DNA of 64,000 nucleotides from the human T2T-CHM13v2.0 reference genome, Homo sapiens. The notes beneath the pieces were generated by a model. It made no database searches. It had not been told where the DNA came from and worked only from the letters and a program-made list of their open reading frames with translations. Below are positions 53,718-64,000 of this stretch, piece by piece (position 1 is the stretch's first letter; every line of letters begins with the position of its first letter). The translations under genes and the position numbers were made by a program. The stretch lies in NCBI RefSeq assembly GCF_009914755.1, contig NC_060936.1; one strand, 5' to 3'.

Positions 53718-54106
53718 TGTACTCGGTTGCTAGGGCTACCATAACAAAGTACCACAGACTGGATGGATTAAATAATAAAAATTTATTTTCTCACAATTCT
53801 GGAGGTTAGAAGTCCAAGATCAAGGTGCCAGTAGCATTGGTTTCTTCTAAAGGCCTCTCTCCTTGGCTTGCAGATGGCTGTCTTCTCCCTGTGTCTTCAC
53901 ATGGTCTTCCCTCCCTATGTGCCTGTGTCCTAATCGCCTTCATATAAGGACAGCAATCATATCGTATTAGGGCCTACCCTAATGACCTCACTTTAACTTG
54001 ATTACCTCTTTAAAGATCCTATCTCCAAATGTAGTCACATTCTGAAGTACTGGGGGGTGGGACTTCAGCATATGAATTTGAGGAGAACATAATTTAGCCC
54101 ATAATA
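53718..54106 (-). mobile_element. MLT1B solo LTR
   Basis: gctagggctaccataacaaagtaccacagactgg...tattagggcctaccctaatgacctc...tttagcccataata. Confidence 0.85.
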
Positions 54107-57026
54107 CTTTCCTCATGCTCCCTCATGCAAATCCTTTCTGTAACTCCCTCCACCTTCATCTTTCTAAAATGTATTAATAGTTTTTGTTTCCTAATGCAGT
54201 TCCCCTTCTTTTTGCTGTTTATGATTTATTCATTTGTAATTCTTTACTATTATTTTACTAGAATCTGAGGAAAGGTAAGAAGAAAAAATGTGGTTAATCC
54301 ACCATCTTTTCCTAGGAGTCCCCCCAAACTTTTTAAGTATCACCTCCCACTAAGAAGTCTTCTTGCTGATGTTAAGACCACAGTAATCTCTCCTTTATCC
54401 TAATTCTTAATTCATTTAACACATATTTGTCTTGTTTCCTTTTTATTAGCCTTATGACCCCACTTACAGGTTTTAAGCAATGATGGCTTTTAAAATTTCT
54501 GTTTTACCACCAATGCCCAGTATTATATTAAATATTCATTATTTGATTGATAAAAATAATTTAATTTTTATGAATTTATAATATGACCCCACTCCTACAT
54601 TCAGATTCAGTTTTTATGTTTTAATGTAGTGGACCAATGAATACATCATGAAATTCACAATGCACCACCCTATTATACATGACAGCTTCTTGGGAATAAG
54701 AGGTAAAAAATTTCACATCCAAGTACCAAAATGGAAAGCACAGAGCCATCTCATGCCTGAAAATCCTGTCTTAGACTTCTCAGAAACACAAACATTTTAA
54801 ACTCAGCCCAGGCAAATTAGATCAAAGCTAATAATGTAGTCCTTTAAAAAATGACCCATTGCTCCAAGCTAAGTAAAAAGCATATCAGATCTATGAAAAG
54901 TAATTATACATGAAAATGAGATTCTTTGCTTTCCTTCTAACAAGTGTTAAAGGTAATGTAATTAAAATCAACATTGATCACTATATTTATGGAAATCTTA
55001 GTCCTGAATTCAGGTCATTTACAGTTAGTTGAGTTGACCTATTAACAAGATCTTTGAAGTTTCTCTAAGGAGCCTCATTGCCTTACACGATTTTCCTTGC
55101 TTCTGAATTTCCACCAGGCTTAGGTTCAAAATCCTCTGGTGGTTAATGCTGTCATGTGGTTGGTTGGTGAAAACTTTGTTCTGCTTCTTTGTCAAATACA
55201 AGGACAAATCAAGTGTAATGAAAAGTGAGATGGCAAACATGCAGTGTAGCTTGACTTGATAACATTTCAGATTGTAAGGGCTGATATTCACCTGAGAGAC
55301 TTTATACCCAATTTGAACATTTTGACTGACTTACTCTGATTATCCAAATCAAGCATTCTCGGATGGAAAAAGTGGTAAGGTGAGTAAAAAAGGACAAAAT
55401 CGAATTCCAGGTACCCACTGCAACAGACATGAGAAAACAAAATTAAAGCCAACATTTGGGGAATCAGAAGCATTCTTTTTATTCCTGTGTTTCCTGGATT
55501 TTCTTTTTCCATTGGGAAGATCCTCCCATTGTTCTAGGAAACACAGTTTGTTTTGGTTAAGCAGATCTAAGGTAAATGCTTACTCACTCTTTCAGGTCAG
55601 GGAAGTCCTGAAAGCAGGGAGTAATCCACATGCACAGGCTTCAGACTCAGATGCTGACCCAGTCTTCACCAAGTGCGTAGTGAAGCTCTGCAGAGACTGT
55701 TAGAGGATAAGAACTGGTTTTCACTTTATCTGGCTTAGGCCAACTGGTGGAGAATTCTGGGCTTAAGGAGGGGCACTTTTGCAAAGAAGTACAGCCACTG
55801 GACTCCAGGAGCAGGGGTGCCTGGTTTTAAAGTTCATTTGTGTCCCATAAGGCCCCAGTGGTATCTTCAAGTATATGGTAAAGTATTGTTAAACTGTGCC
55901 TTCTAGTATCAGCTGTGTTTGGAAGGCTAACGGAAGGGACTGCGTCCATGCCTGGTGTTAAGCAGGCCTGGGGTGGAGAGGAAGCCTAGAGACGAGGCTA
56001 CAACCACAGCAGGGAAGCCTGGGCAGCTGCCCACAGGAGAGCTGACAGGGAACAGTATGGCTGGATTTGTGTGTGTGTGTAAACACTCCCTAGGTAGGTG
56101 TTGCTGGGACCCAACAAAGACTGATATCTTCTAGTGACACAAGAAAGAGGCTCAGGTTATGTTTTCCAGCATCAATGGGACAGATGACCCTCTAAAGCTA
56201 GAGCCCTTGAGGATATCCTGATGGTAGTTACAGAAGTTCATTTGAATCTGGTTCTTTATTTTTGCTTCTGCCCTTCCAGCAAATTGCGGGCTTCAGATGG
56301 CTTTGCTATTTGGTTTGCGGTGGGAGTTAAAGGCACATGGTAGCTGCCTTGCAACATCCTACTGAACCCTACCCTCCATTAAGCTCAATCTATCACTGAG
56401 GTAACAATAACCAGAGCCATAAGTTATGATTACCTAGTACTGAGTCTACTCAGGAAAACCTCTATGTCAAATTTATCAGCCTGGGATCTCAGCCTCTCCA
56501 GCCCCAACTAAGGCAAAACTCTGAGCCTGTGGGAGGTAAAAAGACTATCTATACCTACTTTCTTTATGCTTCATGTCCCCGGTTAAATCATCCTTTTTCA
56601 CTTCTGACTTAACCTAAACCCTATCTTGGCTTTTGCCTCCCGAGGCCTGCTTTTAGTTTCCTTCAGGATCCTCCTCTCCAAAGCATGGGACTGATAAAAT
56701 AAAATCGTCTTTGTTAATGGACAAATTAGCTCATATGTTACTATTTTCAAATTATAGTAATACCTGGGCTAAGTTTAAAATGTTTGTGTCTCTAAGAAGT
56801 CTAGGACAGGATTTTCAGGCATTCTGACAAGCCAGGAGGGAAACGTATTTGGCAGGAACCCTCTGGCACTTTGAGGTTGCTGGCTAGTTCAGGGCCAGAG
56901 GTGAGGACATTATGATAAAGTCTGTAACCATGCAGAGCTTCCACTACTGCCAGACTCTATGGATAATACTGCCCCGGGTCTTGAATTGTAGGATGTTAGG
57001 GTTAAAATAAGGTTGATAGCAACTTT

Positions 57027-57614
<588 letters not shown>

Positions 57615-58739
57615 TGAGTCCTTTCCTTTGGTCTTTTCACCATCCTCATAAACTAATACCTGCCCAGTGAGCAATACCTCATCACAGATAATTCAAAGAT
57701 GTTTAGCACTCACAAAAGGCTTGGTACAAAGTGTAGAAAAGACAGAACTGAACATGGCATAATCTTTGAGAAATCAAATCAATGACCACAAAACTATGAC
57801 ACTTCTTGGTGTCAACTTGGCTTTTTGCCATTGCAAGTGTGCTACTTCATCATAATTCAGGGTCTGTGTTGACTTAATAGTTAAATATAGTTTTTCTCTG
57901 ATGTTACAGAAATGCATATTCAATTATCCAAGTGAGACTAAACAAAATCACTGTATTTTACCACTTAAAGAGGCCTCATAAAGTAAACATCAAAATGACT
58001 CACTGATGTTAGAAACTGAGAAGAAGGGGAAGTAGAAGAGAAGCAGGTATCTCTGTAGGCCAGTAAAGCCGACCTGAATATTACACACAAACAGCATTGC
58101 CCACCATGTCCATGCACACACACACCCCCCTCTCTCAAGGAAGAACAGCCCTTTCTGCACATTCCTTTCTAAATGCATTTTTGTGACACCTCCTCTTCAA
58201 AATTTAGTCAATATTTAGCTTAAATCTAGGTCTCATGCACTGAAGTACTGAGGGGAGGAAAAATGCTGCCCACACACTCCCCCACAAGTCCCTAGAAAGA
58301 CCTTGTGACACATTAGGAAGGGGGCTGTCCTTGATGTAGGAAGATGGGAGTTCTGACCTAGCCATAGTTAGGCACTGACTTTGAGGTATGCTCCCTGTCT
58401 GGACACTCCACCATGATTCCACAGCTTCCCTACGTGACCGTGGCCCAGGACTGTCAGGCTACAGGACAGAGTAAATCCAATGTCTCATAACAGGGCCCAA
58501 ATAAGCACTGACATCCCTTCCTGTCTGCCAACTACTCAAGCCAACCACCACAGTGACTGGCACAGAGAAGGCCACCAGGACCTGTATGCTGGCTGAATGA
58601 ACTTGCCGTAACAAACTGTCTGCCGTACTCCCTCCTTTCACTATATCCTCCTCCCAGGTTTCAATACTGAACAACATGATCAAAGATTACATCTTCATTT
58701 TTGCTATATGCACTAGAAGGAGACTTTTACAGATACTAA

Positions 58740-59060
<321 letters not shown>

Positions 59061-59779
59061 TAAAATTCACTTTCATTTTTATTCCTATCAGAATGCTTTC
59101 TGCCACATGCATACTGCTATTTTCTGAACATCCAGTAGGTGGTAGTAATACCGAAGAAATGCCAGCTGCCAGCCTGCCTTCTCCAGCCGCTGTGCTCTTG
59201 TGTTATCCTGACAGTGGCTCAGCAACCACTGCAGTGTACGAGGAAGAATATGAGCATCTAAGTCAGACTAGCTTCTGCTTGACCCCCAGCTTCACAGGAA
59301 AACCTATTCTGCATGTTTCTAGGATTGAGATAATATATGCAAAACCCTTGGTAAAGTGCCTGCCACACAGTAGGATGTATATAAATATTAGCTAATATTA
59401 GTCTATTTGAACTGCCATGAACAAGGGAGTTCCACATGAGAAACAGAACATTATAACCCTATTCCTTTTTACATTCATTTGGTATTCAAAAAACATTTTG
59501 GGGAGGAACACTCTGAACACAATCCTATAAAAGGGAATTAAAATAATCCTCATTGATGATGAAAAGGTCTTTAAATGTTCAGACAAGTGCTTTCAGCCAA
59601 ACTTAAGGCTTCATCTGGATACTTCATTCTCATTCTATACTGCCTGCATTCGTTCCTTTATCTAGCAAACATTTATTAACTTCATATTACGTGCTAAGTA
59701 CTGTACTTTGGAGATCAACTCTTTAAAATACACTGCACATTTATAATCCCACTGATAGGCAGACCAATTCTAGTTTTCA

Positions 59780-60191
59780 TGTCTCTTAGTTCAGGAGGCT
59801 ATTTTAAGAATACCATACACTGGGTGGCTTAAACAAGAAACATTTATTTCTCACAGTTCTGGACACTGATAAGTCCATGATCAAGAAGCCAGCAGACCTG
59901 GTGTTTGGTGAGGGCCCTCTTCCTGGTTTGCAGATGGCTGTTGTCTCACTGTATCCTCACGTGGCAGAGGACAGAGACAGACAGAAAAAGAGCCAGAGAG
60001 AACGGGGGTGGGGTGGGGGAAGAAGCAGCTCTTTCCTGTTCCTTTTTAATAAGGGTAGTAATCCCAGCATGAGGGCTCCACCCTCATGGCCCAGTTACCT
60101 CCCAAAGGCCCCGTCTCCACATACCATCACAGTGGGGATTAGGATTTCAACATATGGATTTTGGGTAGGACACAACATTCAGTCTGTAGCA
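59780..60191 (-). mobile_element. MLT1A0-like solo LTR
   Basis: ataccatacactgggtggcttaaacaa...gtgagggccctcttcctggtttgcagatggc...acattcagtctgtagca. Confidence 0.85.
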
Positions 60192-60454
60192 CCACTGAAT
60201 CCACACTCAATGGTTTGCAGTGCTAGGGGTTTACTCAGTAAAGTCCACATCATTACTGGATTCCATAAGAGGGGACCTGATAGAGGTTACTGGAAACAGC
60301 ACAGAGTCTGAGTTATGTCATTATTGACATAACTTTGGGCATGTAATTTAACCTTTTCAGCTCTTTGTTTTCCTATCCAAGTAACAGCTGCTCTAAATAT
60401 CTCACTGAACACAGTTGCAAGGGTCAAATAAGATAAACTGAAAATGTCAAGAAG

Positions 60455-60811
<357 letters not shown>

Positions 60812-62392
60812 TCATCTTCTATTGCTCTTACTGGGACAGAGTTCCAGAAGTATTCTAAATGGTATTGCAAATTCTGTTCTAGTACAGGATCGATGGTATG
60901 ACGGAGTCATCTATTTTCGTGTATTTCCACTACTCTGGCTACAGAATGGTTTTAGTTTTCCTTTTATAATATCAAATTAATTTACAATCAAATTAATTTA
61001 TAACTTTTGCCTGGTGTTCATGGACAATGCATGGCCACAACAGTCTCCAGCTTTACTCGCTTTTCATTCAGTGAACATTTAGCAAGTGCCTCCTCAGTGC
61101 TCTGCCCGGAGCCCACTGGTCTCCATCCCGAGGTGGCAGAAACTAACTGCAGCGACTCATTCCTCAAAGAGAACCAGCCAAGGATCAGAAGAATGTTTGA
61201 TATATTTCAGTAACTTGTTAGTAGCGGAGAATATTTTATCATTGATGACAGTTTTATATGTTTTTTAATATTTCTTATGGCCTATGCTCAACCCTTATTA
61301 ATCTGCTTGTTTCATCCTGATTTCATCGGTTTCATCCACCCAAAGGATGCCCCTAGTTTTATAAAACATTTTCCCCCACGATCAGCTTCAGGATCATCAT
61401 GAATGTGTTCACTGGCTTGGGTGATCTGAAATGTCAATAAAGCAAGCTATAAGTGGTAGGTTAAAATAGACCCCAGGACTCAGGCATATCTTCCTCATTT
61501 ACACTATTCTCTGAAGAGATAGTAAACCAATAGAAAGATTCTAGTGAGGCCCAAATATTTAGTTTTACCCATGTCAACTGCCTGAGTGCCTGCACTCTTT
61601 ATCTTCTTTTCCTCTGACCTCTCACGTTGGTATTTCGACAGCATGAAGTTTAAATGCTGAAGTGTCACATAAAATTTAAGAATCTTTAAGAGACAAACCA
61701 AATAACAATTCTACCACTGTTCTCCATCCCAAGATCTCTCCTGAGTGAACAGGTCTGGGCTTTGATGTGCCATTCAAGAAAGGTGCCACAGCAATTCCCA
61801 TCCTACTATTCTGCTATCCATCTGTATCTCTCAGAAGTTAAGATGGATCCTGTTAAGAGAAGCCATCAACCCTCCTCCACCTAAACCAGATCTGACCCAT
61901 CCTTCTAGGCCTCCTCAGACCCCACCTCTTCCATGCCACCTTCCCTGTCTGTTCCCCAGACCACCACCTCCAGAATCATCAAACCCCTGATTGAGCCTTT
62001 CATCACTCACAGTCTTACTTCTTTGCAGTTATCAGCCCAGCACCAGTACTGCAAAAGCACAGTACTGATTCCATAAGCCACAAGGGAAATGTCTCCTACC
62101 TCCCATTTGACTGGCTGCTTGTGATCACAGAAGTCAAACACACTGAAGGAGGGTCTTCTACTTAGGTACACTACCCACATACCTGGATCCTGGGATAGGC
62201 ATCCAGGATTGCAGATTCCAGGTGAACCCAAGGCCAAGCCCTCTGGAAGCCCCTGCAGTGTTAACCACAGCCTCCTCCAGAGCTGCATTCAGCAGGACAC
62301 CAGAGCAGGGCTTCATACACACATAAACCTTGGGTCTGTTATTGTTGTTTGGTGTTTTGTCTATTATAAAATATAAATGGATATTCTAAATT

Positions 62393-62738
62393 TGTTTTAG
62401 TCTATTTGGGCTACAGTAACAAATTACCATAAACTGGGTAGCTTATAAATAACAAAAATTTATTTCTCACCATTCTAGAGAATGGGAAGTCAAACATCAT
62501 GGCAGATTTGATGTCTAGTGAGGGTTAATAATCTTCTTGCTATAACCTCCCATGGGAGAAGGGACAAGGTAGCTCTCTGGGGCTTCTTTTTTTTTTAAAT
62601 AAGGTCACTAATTCCATTCATGAGCGCTCTGACCTCATGACTTAATCATCTCCCAAAGGTCCCACCTCCTACTACCATCACACTTGGGATTAGTTTTCAA
62701 CTAATGTTTAGGGAGACACAGACATTAAGACCATAGCA
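62393..62738 (-). mobile_element. MLT1A solo LTR
   Basis: tgttttagtctatttgggct...ttaccataaactggg...gacattaagaccatagca. Confidence 0.82.
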
Positions 62739-63689
62739 AAAAAATATAGTAGGTGAACAGCGTTTATTAAATAAAATTACCAAGAGGCCTTTTTTGCTTA
62801 ATTCAAACTCTAATTGTAAGCATCAGCTAATGGAGGCTCCCAGATCCCTGAGGTGTTCCTACTTTAGGAGTGGTCATTTTCAGAGATGGAATGTAAGGAA
62901 TTTTGTCTCCTTGCTGCTACTAGGTTAAAATTACTGCTATATAAAATTTAAAGATGTCACAAATCTTAAAAGCCTTATCGCTAGACAGGCTGCCATTAAG
63001 ACTAAATTGAAGTGAAGCTATTCATCCTCATGTTTGATGGGAAATAAGTTTTAAACTTACATAAGCTCAACAAAACAATCATGTTAAAAACTTTTCAACT
63101 AAGTCTTTTTGTTGCCCCAAATTATTATTTGACAAAGTAGAATTAAACTGATTGGGATAGCCTATATCATGTGTGGCTTCATTTTTCTTCTCTTTAAGTG
63201 ATTACAATGAAAAAGTCGTGAAGAGTATAATTCTCTCATGAATTAGATTTGACAGTCCTACATTAAATAACCACAGTAAGAGGAGAAACTCACTAATTCT
63301 AGCCTAATGTCATAATAATCTAGACTGATCACTCAATAAACAGCTGAGCATCTGCCATAGAGAAGGCCAATGTTAGCACTAATGACATCTAAGATGATGT
63401 CACGACCCTCCAGGAGCTTAAAATCTAGTTATGTGCACACATGAAAAATTAACAAATAAAAAACGAAGGGAAAATGTACCAGTCAACTCAAACTCTATCC
63501 CCCATGTCACCTTCCACAGTATACAGAACTGCCTACACCCCCAAGGTCAAGTCAAGGTGCTCATGACTATGCTATTAATACATGGCCTTCACCTATGCTG
63601 ATCCTGCCACCTGGACATCTCCTTCCCCCTGTGCACCTGGACCATCCTTCTCAAGTCTCATAGCAAATGCTGCCTCTTCCTTCCCTGTC

Positions 63690-63895
63690 CCACCCAGTCT
63701 GATTCAGAGCTGCCCTTTGTGCTCTTTCCAAACCTTTATTAGGGCACTCATGACACTGTGCTGTAATTGCAGATTTATTTGACTCCCCAGCTACCCTGTG
63801 TGTTACTGAAGGACAGAAGTTATGTCTGTTTTCTGATGCTTAATCCCCTACTGGGTACATTATAGACACTTAAGAAATGTTTGAATGAATGAATG
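63690..63895 (+). mobile_element. L2 3' end
   Basis: Ends acacttaagaaatgtttgaatgaatgaatg. Confidence 0.6.
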
Positions 63896-63950
63896 CCCAG
63901 AAGTCCTGTGGATTTTCCCACCTACATATATTTTTAAAATCCATCTTGAC

Positions 63951-64000
63951 GGCTGGGCATGCCTATAATCCCAGCACTTTGGGAGGCCAAGACGGGGTGG
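63951..64000 (+). mobile_element. Alu 5' end (runs off window)
   Basis: ggctgggcatgcctataatcccagcactttgggaggcc. Confidence 0.85.

Noticed and set aside
55025-55512. Possible minus-strand coding exons in unique DNA
   Set aside because: Weak acceptors and no recognisable homology in any frame.
58459-58683. 74-aa ORF with a hydrophobic stretch
   Set aside because: No recognised family and no promoter or splice context; length expected by chance.
59132-59145. CTCF-like CCAGTAGGTGGTAG
   Set aside because: Mismatch in the conserved GGC core; too weak without data.

Overview
Primate (human-like) nuclear DNA that is repeat-dense and intergenic or deep-intronic. I find no intact host protein-coding gene, RNA gene or CRISPR array; nearly all listed ORFs are translations of Alu, L1, MaLR or (TA/CA)n sequence. 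Recognisable content: a single-unit processed pseudogene of polyubiquitin UBC (~324-698), 13 Alus, two full-length decayed L1s (L1PA7-like 31013-37465; L1PB1-like ~43620-50210, nested in an L1PA13-like tail inside an older L1M), a two-LTR THE1 provirus (11964-14280), several MST/MLT1 LTRs and internal fragments, a split LTR8-type ERV1 LTR, MER63 and MER53 MITEs, MIR/L2 relics, and a 2.1-kb TA/CA-rich VNTR organised as an imperfect palindrome. I cannot support a new gene system. The best signals are structural scars of template switching or end joining: a young 353-bp inverted duplication, an inversion-duplication-deletion shown by a split LTR whose TSD survives and with a THE1 at the breakpoint, fold-back hairpins, and an Alu internal duplication. 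Subfamily names come from recalled consensus sequences and identities were counted by eye; both need RepeatMasker/alignment confirmation.
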